DNA from: Macrostomum lignano
Lineage: Eukaryota
Assembly (NCBI GenBank): GCA_002269645.1
Contig: NIVC01000568.1
Span: 186,001-250,000 of the forward strand
Direction of reading: 5' to 3'
Length of the DNA: 64,000 bases
In this document: positions 26,096 to 38,223 of the stretch, piece by piece
How the letters are laid out: every line of letters begins with the position of its first letter
Numbering within the stretch: the first letter of the stretch is position 1
Notes under the pieces: generated by a model
Told to the model about the DNA's origin: nothing
The model's database searches: none
What the model saw: only the letters and a program-made list of their open reading frames with translations
Translations under genes and position numbers: made by a program

Positions 26096-28107
26096 TCAGA
26101 TATGAAATGAATTGTAGTTGACAATAGCTTGCAGTAGGCACGTGCTATATTGAAGATGATTAAGGGGGCGCATATAGCGCTGCCAGGTGGCTTCGAAGTC
26201 ACTGTGGGCTGATTCACAGGCTGTTCACTGAAGCTGCCAACCCCTTGCCAAACTTACTGCAGAATGCTGGCACATGGTCAGAAGCACGAGCAGCTTTGGC
26301 GTCACTGGAAGCTCGATGTACCTGCATGTTGTCTGGAAGCGAGCAATGTAGAGACTAAAGTCAGCTGCCAGACTTTGGCCAAAGCAAGCTTCTCGCACAG
26401 CATTGAAGTCATGAAGTGCAGTTGCGTAAAGCTTCAGGTGTGCAGGCAGCACGCTCCACAGCTCACCCGCCTTCAGGAGGAGCTTCTTGCATGCTGGGCC
26501 CTCCAGGCAACCTCCGTGGTACTGCTGCCGGCAGATGCCTGCTTCATAGGCCCACTCGTAGGCCTTGTTGCCACCCCAGCTTGCATTGAGAGCATCAAGC
26601 AGCCGGTTTACAATGCCAAGCATCATGTGCAACTCTGGTGCTGGTACCAGGTCCAGCAGTTCAGCAGAGTCGCTCCCAGGTAGCAGTGGAGGCTGGACGC
26701 AGTTGGCAACGTTTTTGGCTGGTGTCCACCAGCTGCCTGAAACTCACCTGCAAGGCGTCGAATTGAGCCGAGCGTCCGCCTTTGTGCTGGCACTTCCCAT
26801 GGCGGCCTGCCCTCACAGTGCAGGCAGGGATGCGATGAAGAGTGGCTCTGGATCCCGCTAACAATGTTGGCGAGTTTAAAATCGCAGGCTAACGTAAAGT
26901 TGATGGAGGTAATGTCGATGGTTGACATTAGTACACTAACGTTCTGGTAGCATTCTCTGACATCCTCAACAAGGGCCAGGATGAGGATCTTTTTCACTCC
27001 TGAAGTCCATAAATCGGTTGAATTGGGAAGACGAAGTGCATCCTCTGCCATCCACGGTAACACTGACGCACACCTCTAAAGAGTTGCAAGTTTCACTCTC
27101 TGGTGTGTCTCAGCAGTGCCTCTCGAGTTACTGACGTGCGCCAGAAAAGCATTTGCATCCCGGCAGAACACGACAGACCGTTCGATCACACTCTCTTGCC
27201 CATTAGGTTGTTTGCAGAAAAACTGCAGCCGCTCAGTTGCAAAAAACTTGGCAGCAGTCTGACCTTCAGCAAACAGAAACTCCTTCAGCCCAGGCTGCAC
27301 GGCCTTTTTGCTTCCGGACGTTTCTCTGATCACCTGAGCCGCACGTAGCGTCTGGCTGGTGCTGAGGTTCAGTGCAGTCTTCATGGCCCGCATTGTGCTA
27401 TGTTGCAGCGATGCAATCTCAGTAGTTGATGTACCAGCCACTTGAACTTGGAGTGGGCGTCCACCTGTACCAGAAGTCAAGCTTACAGTTGCTAAGGAGT
27501 CAGAAGAGGTGGCTGCACCCAGCTTCTCACACAGAAGACCGCAGGCTACGTGCTCCCTTGAGTTTGGGCTTAGGGCATCAAGATAGCGCAGCTTTGCCGC
27601 CTGTCCACACTCGTGCCTCAATCCACGCGCCACTGGCGATGAGCACGTCTCACAGCGTTTGACAACACTGTCTCCCATCGGCCCAGGTGCATTATTTGGA
27701 GGGCGACCAAGTGGCGTCATGATTCCTGCTGTAGACTTAGCTGGCATGAAGGGGTGATACACTGCCACATTCTTGTTGGCCCTGTTGGATCCCACATGGC
27801 ACATCCAGCAGTTGCACTCGGGGAATTTGCGAGTGAGTGGTGGAAGATCGCGCAGATCTGCAATAACTTGCTCGTAGGGCATTCTTGGTGGCAGAGGTGT
27901 TGGTGCAGGGCTGTTTTGCGACATCAGCTTGATTCTGAAAGAATTGCAGATACTGGAAGGCAGAAATCCTCGACGGTCAGCGAAGCCTGGCAGCACATGG
28001 CATTCAACCAGCGCTTCTAGAGTGGCGGTCAGCGGTCGGTCCCCCTTTCGAAAGCACAAGATGCACACACATCGGTTTTCTTCGTGGGAGCGCTTATTGT
28101 TTGGCAT
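26096..28107 (-). pseudogene. Frameshifted transposase with N-terminal Chapa-like zinc finger and RAG1/Transib-like catalytic core
   Basis: H-x6-C-x2-C..LPSSICNS..CNCWMC at the N-terminus; SGVKK, CDFKLANIVSGIQSHSSSHPCLHC, PELHMMLG, YHGGCLEGPAC and a reconstructed SEQxCESAH..YNSFHI*; several frameshifts, and a deletion where the first catalytic Asp is expected (~27080). Confidence 0.8.
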
Positions 28108-28352
28108 GGTTTAATTTCTGTACGTTTACAGATTAAAAGATGGCAGCTACTGCTCACTATCTATTTTTCTTTTCTATCTGAAGATAACACAGGAATTAAC
28201 TTGCCCTCCTTGTCCTATAAGTGCCAAATTATCTGGAGATATGTCTATGGGCCAAATAGCTTATGTATCAGATTAAACATGAGCCTGAGGCCTGAGGCCC
28301 TCGTGATTTATACAAATAACTCCCTCAAAAGGCATGTGTAATCTCGTATAAA

Positions 28353-28448
28353 CCATAGACATAAAGACTTTACGGAATATTATTGAATATTACCAAATAA
28401 AATCCCGGAAAACGCAAATATTGTCACGGAAAGTCTTTATTTCTATGG
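28353..28448. mobile_element. 96-bp inverted-repeat mini-element nested in the right TIR
   Basis: CCATAGACATAAAGACTTTACG ... CGGAAAGTCTTTATTTCTATGG; lies in a 184-bp insert (28266-28449) flanked by a TTATG duplication and absent from the left TIR. Confidence 0.55.
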
Positions 28449-30292
28449 ATTATGGAAACCGAAAGAACAGTATGCAAGCAAATATTAAATTCAATTTAGT
28501 TTGAGCCACAAGCTTGTAAATACGCTGTTAAAAGGATTAGGGTTGAAGAGACGCGCCCTGGAGTGAATTCAGCACAATTTCCAGGTGTATAGCTATTTTA
28601 GCCAGGTATGGGCAGGTAAAAAAGCACTTATGAACCAAAAGTGACTGAGAAAGAAGAGAAATATAAATCCTATCTAGTTTTAGTCATTTCATAGGTGCAG
28701 GATAGTCGCCATGTTCTTCCCTAAGCTTCTAGTCCTTCTTGTAGTACCCACCTGGTACAAAAAATCACTGTACTAATTAGCACACCTGTACGCTATGCAG
28801 ACAATGCGATAGGATTTCAAGGATAGCTTTTTTGGACTTCTGTTAGGTCAAAGATTCATGGGAAATCAGTATTTTTCAGGGTATATTTCATTGACCAAAC
28901 TCACTCTTCAGAGGAGGCGTACTGGAGACAAAAAGTAGAGAGCTCAGCAAAGTTGTGCCCTTTTTACTGCAGCTTCAAATGGTATCAATACTACTCAACA
29001 GAAAAGTAGTGTCCTAGAAATTTCCAATCCAGAATTTAACCCTGTCACAGTTTAGATAAGCAAACCATAAACTGGCCTGAAAAACATGAGGACTGCGAGA
29101 CCAAGGATCCCTAAGGAGAACAGGACTTGTTTAGATGAATAAATAGAGTACACGATGGGTACATGTAATTTATGAATAGACATGTATTGTAACGTGCAGA
29201 CAGGCAGACAAAGACAATAGTTTAAGGCAAATTATGGTAGGCAAAGGTGAAGGCAAGTCCTCCATGAGCTTGTGCGCATGAATCATGGCACTATACTCGT
29301 AAAAATCCGTCTACTCACGATAGTGAGTAGAGTAGCGCAAATGTTATTCGTATATTTTATGCAACTGTCTGCACATCAAGTAAGTTTATGTTCAAGGTGG
29401 TTACTAAAAGCTACGAAGAGCTTAACAATAAATGCTTGTTATGAAATAGGTGAATTAAATATTTGATCGCAAGTTAGTGGCCTTGTGGAAAGAGAAGGTA
29501 TAGGCATTGTACATTGCAGAGCGGATGGTAAGACGTACGTCTAAGGGGGTGCTGGATGGGTGGAATGTACATTTAGTGGCGAGGGGGGAGGGTAGACAGG
29601 AAAAACAGCCTATCAGTTTATGGTTAAAATAAAAGGCATCAATCCATGAGCGGGCCCAGCTCAGTGGTCATGCCGCAATCCCGTGGAACAGAGTAGGCGA
29701 GGCTGAAGGCTGCTCGACTCGACGAAGGCCGTGTGAGTAGACGGCGGTCGAGAAACGGGAAGGTAGCTAGCTGTGAGTGAGCTGGGCCCCAGTTTTTTGT
29801 TTGTTTTTTGCAATTATCCGTCATGATCATGATTATGAATGATATTAATTTAAGTTGGCAAAGTTTTGAGTTTGAGTCTTACTCGCTTCGTGTCGACATG
29901 TATAGAAAGTTTATTTTAATATCAGAAAAGTATAAAAAGGGTAAATACAGAAGGTTAATGTACATGGGCTACATGGCCATGGGGCAGGTTTGATTTTTAA
30001 TGCCTATTGCGGATTAATGCCGCTGGACATTTATAAGGACAATGTCAATCATGTATCTTTACGAATATACTCAATTTTTCATTGTTCTAGTAGTACGTTT
30101 TAAATAAAAATTAATTGATGAAAATTAACTTGTCGTCAGGCAGGGAGTAGTGATGATACTACTGAGTAGCAGCTCAGTAGTATCTTTGCAAAGTAACACA
30201 TCATCTACGTATTTCTATAACTAATGAGTTGAAAATTTATTACAATTATCCAAAAAGAGTTATTAAAATACGGCACGTGTGTTCTGCTATGC

Positions 30293-31149
30293 CAGGAGTC
30301 GGCGAACTCCGTCCCGAGGGCCACATGCGTCCCGCAAAGCCTCTCTACCCGACCCGCTCAAGGTTTGTGTCTCTCAGATCTCTTCCCTCTTCTCTCTTTA
30401 TCTTCTCTCCTCCTCTCCTCTCTCCCCTCTCCTCTCCTCTCCTCTCCTCTCCTCTCCTCTCCTCTCCTCTCCTCTCCTCTCCTCTCCTCTCCTCTCCTCT
30501 CCTCTCCTCTCCTCTCCTCTCCTCTCCTCTCCTCTCCTCTCCTCTCCTCTCCTCTCCTCTCCTCTCCTCTCCTCTCCTCTCTTCTTTCCTCTCCCTTCTC
30601 ACACCTCTTTTCTCTTATCTCTTCTCTGATCCCATCTCTCGCCTTTCCTCTCTCCTATCTCGAATCTTTTACTCTTTCGCCGTTCCTTTCTTATCTGGCC
30701 CACATCCATGAGCTGAATTCTTATCTGGCCCACAGCCATGAGCTGAATTCTTATCTGGCCCACAGCCATGAGCTGAATTCTTATCTGGCCCACAGCCATG
30801 AGCTGAATTCTTATCTGGCCCACAGCCATGAGCTGAATTCTTATCTGGCCCACAGCCATGAGCTGAATTCTTATCTGGCCCACAGCCATGAGATGAATTC
30901 TTATCTGGCCCACAGCCATGAGCTGAATTCTTATCTGGCCCACAGCCATGAGCTGAATTCTTATCTGGCCCACAGCCATGAGATGAATTCTTATCTGGCC
31001 CACAGCCATGAGCTGAATTCTTATCTGGCCCACAGCCATGAGCTGAATTCTTATCTGGCCCACAGCCATGAGCTGAATTCTTATCTGGCCCACAGCCATG
31101 AGCTGAATTCTTATCTGGCCCCTGAGCTAGAAAATTTTGCCGACCCCTG
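30293..31149. mobile_element. hAT-type MITE carrying a (CCTCT)n tract (~30410-30585) and a 30-bp minisatellite (~30690-31120, about 14 copies)
   Basis: Ends CAGGAGTCGGCGAA / TTTGCCGACCCCTG; subterminal GGGCCACATGCG motif; flanking direct repeat CTGCTATGC (30284-30292, 31150-31158). Confidence 0.85.
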
Positions 31150-32091
31150 CTGCTATGCAAATCAATTAGCAATGATCTGAGAAGCCTGTATACTGGCTGT
31201 CTCTCAAGGTGCCCCTAATTAGCTTATCACCTGCTCAGTGCGATAATTGTCGCCCATTCCTGGCGGAGCCATCATGCCACAGTTTGGTTAATTATTAAAT
31301 AAACAAGCGTAGTAAATGTCACGACAGTTTAGAGCCCCAGATTCGGAAAGTACACAAATACAGTGTACGTTATGCAACTTATGCAATGAGTTATCTGATA
31401 ATTCAATGAAATGCAGGTCTGCCAGATAGATTAGCTGAGTGCGATAAAGAATCAGTGTGATGAAACAATTTGTCTGCTGACAAAGGACCTGTCAACTGAA
31501 GCTCATAAAGTGGAGCCCGAGTAACCTGTGTACACAAATGATGTCATTCTGCTCACAGTGACATCAGGAAGCTGGGTTCGGCAAAAAGGTGACGAGAGTT
31601 GGACTTGGGATAAGGGAGAACAAGCAGGGGGGGGGGTAATTGGGAATATTATGTCAACTTAAGCTCATAGAGTAGAGTTACTATATTATCCCCTTTTTAT
31701 AATTGTTATTATGATTCACAGTATATAGTTATATAATTGTTGTTTGCCACCATAGCAGAAGCATGCCAGTGCCAACCATCAAGGTGTCTGGTGGCAGATC
31801 AAGGATGCAAAAAACAAGCCAGTCGAAGTCGCGATCAACCCTTTCGTAAAACTGATCCACAAGACAAGAAAGAGATTGAATTTTTTATAATTCTGCTTTT
31901 GTTACGTTTATTTTCCAAACCTCAAGCCATCATTATTGAAGAAAAATCAACACACACAAAAAACCGCGGTAAAAACAGAATCACACAAAACGATTCTGGT
32001 AGTGCTTATTCACCGAGTAAAAACACACACTAGAAGCAAGGTCCCTACTCATTTTTTGTTTATTAGTCACCACCAAGCAAGCAGGCCACAA

Positions 32092-35000
32092 TTAGGCGAA
32101 GCGAACCTCATAGAATCGGTACTTGTCGTAGAAAGCTGGCACGTAGCTGTCGTAGACACGGAACCGCAGGCCGAGCTTGCGGCAGTCGTCCTCGAAGCAG
32201 CTCCAGAAGTGGGTGTAGGACAGCGAGCCGCCGCGCAGGATGTAGCAGCCGTCGGGCTTCAGGGCTTTCAGTGCGATCTCCATCATCTGGAAGTGAGGAT
32301 ATTAACGGGGTTTTTGCAGACTTGCAGACTTAACTCTGCATTGCTTCAGTTCACTCAGCTGTGTAAAATGGGTGCCAGCATTAGCTGGGGTAATTGAGGG
32401 TGTGTTTGGCGACCCCTCAGTCCTTGGACTGAACAGCCGTACGCAGCCTTCAGATGCGCCGCGCAATAGCTGCGGCTGAGCTGTCGGTTGCACATCTGGC
32501 CCAAATAAGGCAGGGGCAATCAATAGTTATTTTTTTACCACACAGGAACCGTACACCATAGAAACTATTGGGAGATAAATAAAGTCCGGATGGCGGACCA
32601 AACTGGCCCAGGAGGGGCCTGCATGGAATGTTCACTGGTCCCCTTCTTGAGTTGCTCATTGTTCAAGACTTTAATATTCTTCACCAAAATCACGGACCTG
32701 TGCCGGCGGACTGCTGTCTATGGCCAAAAAGTGAATGCCCGGGGGCACCTTATCCTGTGCCAAATTCTTAGGTTTTTAATGTACTTCTTTTCTTTAACTA
32801 TCGATTCAAACCGCCCTCCCCAAGGCTTCAAGTCGGTCACCCGATCGTGAACTATGTTATCGCATTAATTTTTATCGCCCCACTTTCTAGTTTAGCAGGA
32901 CAGTCAAATTCTGTTAAATTAGTGACGTCTGTGCTTGCAGTGCGTCTACATGCATAGGTGAACATATATAAGTTTAATAGATAAAATACACTAATAGATT
33001 TAGTGTCAACTTTCATTTTCGAACCTTGACACGTTGTTATGTCGTGCCAACTTGTTGCGCGAGTTTTTCTTATCGGCAGTTTTTCACATCCAGTTGTTAC
33101 AGTGTTGAGCTTTCTAAACTGGGTCAAAGATTTCTTGTAACATTATCTAACTACTCGTCTAGCTTCCTTACTTCTTCTGTTGACTCCATTCCATTCAAAA
33201 TGGGCAGCTCTTGAGCCCTTTAATAGCAGCGATGCTAAAACCCCCGCGGAGTCACCTGACAATTATCCGTGGCAAAGTCGTAGTTCCATCCGCGCTCCTC
33301 CTTGTTAACCATGAACTCAGTCAGGTCGTTAATAATGTAGTCGTACTTCTTGCCGGATTGAATGCACTCGTGCAGGTGGTCCAGGCAGTCTCCAATGATT
33401 ATCTGAAATTTATTGAATATGTAAACCTAAAGACTAACGACAAAAGCTAGGGGTGCATATGGAGATGGATAAGTGAGAGACAGGAGAGAAGACAGGTGAG
33501 AAGAGACAGGTGAGGAGAGATAGGTGAGCAGAGATAGGTGAGGAGAGACAGGTGATGAGAGACAGATGAAGAGAGACAGGTAAGGAGATACAGGTGACGA
33601 GAGACAGGTGAGGAGAGACAGATGAGGAGAGACAGGTAAGGAGAGACAGGTGAGGAGAGATACGTGAGAAGAGACACGTGAGAAGAGACAGATGAGAGAG
33701 GAGAGACACGTGAGGAGAGACAGGTGAGAAGAGACAGGTGAAGAGAGACAGGTAAGGAGAGACAGGTGAGGAGAGACAGGTAAGGAGAGACATGTGATTA
33801 GAGACAGATGAAGAGAGACAGGTAATGAGAGACAGGTGAGGAGGGACAGGTGAGGAGAGACAGGTGAGGAGGGACAGGTGAGGAGAGACAGGTGAGGAGA
33901 GACACGTGAGAAGAGACAGATGAGAGAGACGAGACAGGTGAGGAGAGACAGGTGAGGAGAGACACGTGAGGAGAGACACGTGAGGAGAGACACGTGAGGA
34001 GAGACAGGTGAGGAGAGACACGTGAGGAGAGACAGGTGAGGAGAGACAGGTGAGAAGAGACAGGTGAGAGACAGGTGAGGAGAAAAAGGTGCGGAGAGAC
34101 AGGTGAGAAAGGACACAACAGAAACGGACTCAATGCAGTCCTCACCTTCTTGTTGGGCCCCTCCAGGGTGTCCAGCGCATCCTCACAGGCGCCCCGCATG
34201 TACTTGGCGCAGAGCTGCACCACTGTGCTGTCAATCTCCACCATGGTGACCATGCGAGGCTGCTGTTTCAGCAGCTCACAGATGACACCGCCGTCGCCGC
34301 CACCGAGAATGAGGATCTCCTTGTCGGCGTAGCAGTTCCTAGCGGGCTTGCCAGTCTCCAAGCCCAGCAGAACCCGGGTGTAGGGCTCCTGATCCTTCTC
34401 GGCCAGCATTATGTCGTCGTCCAGGAACATGGCATGACCGTGCACCTCGCTCCAGTAGATCTTCACATTCTGATACTTGGTCTGCCTGTCCTCCACTAGG
34501 CGGCCGAGGTTGAACTCTACTATCCGGCCGTCAGACATGGGAAAGTAGCGCCACAGGGCCTCGCCGCGGCGGATCGGACCAAGCATGCTGTGGGTGACAG
34601 TGCTCAGAGATAGCTGACTGACTGACTGACTGACTGACTGACTGACTGACTGACTGACTGACTGACTGACTGACTGACTAACTAACTAACTAACTAACTA
34701 ACTAACCAACCGAGAGTGAACTCACCAGTACAATCGGTCCAGAGAACCAATGTCCGTCAGGAATTTCTTAATCAGCTCTTCGAGATGTCGAATGAGCTGG
34801 AAAGAGAAAGTTTTGTAATGTAAAACTTAAAAAAATACGCCCGTTCAACTAGAAAACTTCCACTCCAAGCGGGAGGCTCACCACAAGATCAATCTTGACT
34901 CGGCTCCGCATCACCAGGATGTCAAATACGTACAGATTCTGGCTCTCGTAGCGGCGAATATTGAGCACCCTGGAAACGAAAAATAACAAGTCACGTAAAG

Positions 35001-35308
35001 TACATGTTTCAGTATTTGTACACCAACGCAAAAATTAGCCTTACTTGTTGGCACCGTTTGTGAACACATCCAGTTGCAGGTCGTCGCCAGCAGGGCCAGA
35101 CAGAGCACTTTTCACCTGAGAGCTGTCCGACTCCATTGCGATGGCAGCCAGGTTGAGAAGCTCGGAGTCTGCAAAGACGCAATAACAATAGAAACTGCAA
35201 TCATTTGAAGCATACAAATGTGCTACTAAAATAATAATTTTTGTCGGAGTTCTCACCGGACAGAAGCTTCTTCGCGTAAAAGTGGAAGACAATGGTCTCT
35301 TCAGTCAT
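32092..35308 (-). CDS. SMS: Spermine synthase, 372 aa; exons 35308-35257, 35168-35045, 34969-34882, 34796-34726, 34587-34146, 33402-33256, 32286-32092
   Basis: PIRRG..RYFPMSDGRIVEF, YQNVKI, ILILGGGDGG, MVTMVEID and YDYIINDLT match spermine synthase; exon lengths sum to 1119 nt with consistent phases. Confidence 0.93.
33465..34110. repeat. 14-bp minisatellite (GTGAGGAGAGACAG) in SMS intron
   Basis: Tandem periodicity. Confidence 0.95.
34612..34705. repeat. (ACTG)n/(ACTA)n microsatellite in SMS intron
   Basis: Direct reading. Confidence 0.95.
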
Positions 35309-36329
35309 TGCTCGTTGTTTGCTTTTTGCCTGAAAAATGTCATATATAATAAAATTTAATATTTTAATTAGATTTTTAATAATGCCTTAGTGTTTGTTTG
35401 ATTTGCAATAAATTATTTTTTGCCAGTTTTAATAGTTCCTACTAAATTGTTATTTTCGAGTTTTTTTAACTGTTAGCTACCCAAAGTATTTGGTAAGTTT
35501 TTGACTGCATTCAATAAATTTAAACGTCCGCTAAAAGTTTGATTTTTTTCTCAAAACATTTTGACAAAACAAGACAGTGGTTTCAAGAATATCTAGGTAA
35601 GTAAATAAAATGAAAATGTATTACCTGCGTCTCTGAAAATAAAAATAAAACAGTTGAAACATCGAATATCTGACCAGACCGAATAAGCACGAAAACTAAC
35701 GAACATTTAAAATAAATATCCTATTTTGTGAGTGTAGATAAACAAAAGTTCTTAGTGAATCGGATAAATATTTTTAAGCAAACGACGTAATTGCAATAAA
35801 TTTTTTTGATAAAAATGAAATTAATGTTTCTAGATGGATGTTCTATAGATTTATATAAAGCCAATTTGATAAAAATTAAATACGTAGGTGCATGCTGTGG
35901 GATCAAATAAATTTACATGAAAATCTCTGCATATTTGATACAAAAAGAGCATGTTTCATCCTATAAAAATATAATGTTCAACAATAGCTAGCTACTAAAT
36001 TAGAGTCTTAGATAGAGCGGAAATAATATCTTGAAAATGCTTCCCGTGTTTGTCTTTTACGCTCCCATTTTTAACTTTCCCATTGATACTCGTATTTAAT
36101 GAAACTTATGAACCGAAAATATTCTTCAATAAACTCACCTTTCTGTGAATCTGTACAAATTTTTTCTCATTTCTAATTAAAAGTGTATTCACATGCAGGT
36201 AGATTAAGGAGAAAGGGCTGCAGGGGATGGAGTATGAGAGGAAGAATGGGAGGGAGACTGAAACGGAGAGTGTGAGGAAGAGAGAAGGAGAGAGTGGGGA
36301 CGGTTATGAGGGAGTGTGAGGGAGAGTGA

Positions 36330-36865
36330 GAGAGAGTGGGGGAGATTTTGAGGGAGATTGTGAAGGATAATTGTGAGGGAGAGTGAAGGAGTGACGGAGA
36401 TTGTGAGGAAACTTGTGAGGGAGAGTGAAGGAGTGAGGGAGAGTGTGAGAGAAATTGTAAGGGAGAGTGTGAGGGAGAGTGTGAGGGAGAGTGTGAGGGA
36501 AAGTGTGAGGGAGAGTGTGAGGGAGAGTGTGAGGGAGAGTGTGAGGGAGAGTGTGAGGGAGAGTGTGAGGGAGAGTGTGAGGGAGAGTGTGAGGGAGAGT
36601 GTGAGGGAGATTGTGAGGGAGCTTGTGAGGGAGATTGTGAGGGAGAGTGTGAGGGAGAGTGTGAGGGAGAGTGTGAGGGAGAGTGTGAGGGAGAGTGTGA
36701 GGGAGAGTGTGAGGGAGCTTGTGAGGGAGATTGTGAGGGAGATTGTGAGGGAGAGTGTGAAGGAGATTGTGAGGGAGAGTGTGAGGGAGAGTGTGAGGGA
36801 GATTGTGAGGGAGATTGTGAGGGAGAGTGTGAGGGAGATTGTGAGGGAGATTGTGAGGGAGAGTA
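36330..36865. repeat. 12-bp minisatellite (GTGAGGGAGAGT)
   Basis: VRES/SHSP periodic translations. Confidence 0.95.
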
Positions 36866-37426
36866 GGAAGGCAGCAATGATGCAGCGAACAGGTTCACTC
36901 AGCGCCAGCAGTTGGAGAACGCAGCGGAATTCCCAGCGGACATCATCAGTGAGCCCCCTTGGCCCGATGTGTTTATGTTGCATTAAAAAGGCAGGCGCAA
37001 ACACAGCGCAAGTAGGCAACGGGGATGAGGGGAGTGGCAGCAGAGCCAAGATGCACTTCGGAATCAATTTAGCCTGATTAAACAGCGCATTTGCATGGCG
37101 CAGGACGAATGAGCGATGAGATTGGGAGACCTTCCACTTGGCCGGTCTGTCATAGTTGGCTCAGCCTATTCGACTCAGCCGTATGGGTTTTATGCCAATG
37201 TTTGAATCTCTTTAACTCGGATTCTGACGGCTTTTTTTGTAGCGCCGGATTAGTCTCAGCCGAGGTTGATGGATTATAGACATCAGCGGGATAATTCTTG
37301 GTGAAAGTTGTCAGACTGCCGCGGCATGTGGCTATTTGCTGGAGCAGGTTTTGCCTGAGCATTAGTATTGGGTTGAGGAATGCAGCACAGACTTGGGGAT
37401 AGATGCCCTGCATATTGTTATTTAGC

Positions 37427-38005
37427 ACTCACTCACTCACTCACTCACTCACTCACTCACTCACTCACTCACTCACTCACTCACTCACTCACTCACTCAC
37501 TCACTCACTCACCCACTCACCCACTCACTCACTCACTCACTCACTCACTCACTCACCCACTCACTCACTCACTCACTCACTCACTCACTCACTCACTCAC
37601 TCACCCACTCACTCATTCACTCACCCACTCACTCACTCACTCACTCACTCACTCACCCACTCACTCACTCACTCACTCACTCACTCACTCACTCACTCAC
37701 TCACCCACTCACTCACTCACTCACTCACTCACTCACTCACCCACTCACTCACTCACTCACTCACTCACTCACTCACTCACTCACCCACTCACTCACTCAC
37801 TCACCCACTCACTCACTCACTCACTCACTCACTCACTCACTCACTCACCCACTCACTCACTCACTCACTCACTCACTCACTCACTCACTCACTCACTCAC
37901 TCACTCACTCACTCACTCACTCACTCACTCACTCACTCACTCACTCACTCACTCACTCACTCACTCACTCACTCACTCACTCCCTTACTCACTCACTCAC
38001 TCACT
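37427..38005. repeat. (CACT)n microsatellite upstream of P2X
   Basis: Direct reading. Confidence 0.97.
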
Positions 38006-38060
38006 ACAAGTTAACTACAACACTCCATCAGAAAGCAGTAAGAAACTCTTCCCTCCCAAA

Positions 38061-38097
38061 AATCTGATTGGCTCTCGGCAGCTCAACCAATCAGATT
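38061..38097. promoter_or_regulatory. Inverted pair of CCAAT boxes upstream of P2X
   Basis: AATCTGATTGG (38061-38071) and CCAATCAGATT (38087-38097) form a perfect 11-bp inverted repeat about 130-160 nt before the ATG. Confidence 0.45.
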
Positions 38098-38223
38098 GCA
38101 GCCGTATAACTCAGTTAAGTATATTGAACGGAATCGACACTGGTGAACAAGAAAGAGGAGAAAGAAACAGAGGGAATTCTGCAGCCTACCCACTCGATTC
38201 AGGACCCGAATTGCCGAAGCTGC

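Larger units (their letters stand above)
25178..28930 (-). mobile_element. Decayed Chapaev/Transib-like (RAG1-related) DNA transposon with ~550-bp TIRs
   Basis: Left TIR 25178-25728 (starts CACTG) is the reverse complement of right TIR 28215-28930, apart from a 184-bp insert and a short duplication; encloses a disrupted transposase. The terminal GTG is missing on the right and no TSD was found. Confidence 0.85.

Noticed and set aside
29652-29789. 12-bp inverted repeat GGGCCCAGCTCA/TGAGCTGGGCCC as a Harbinger-type MITE
   Set aside because: No TSD, no further pairing and no second copy in the window.
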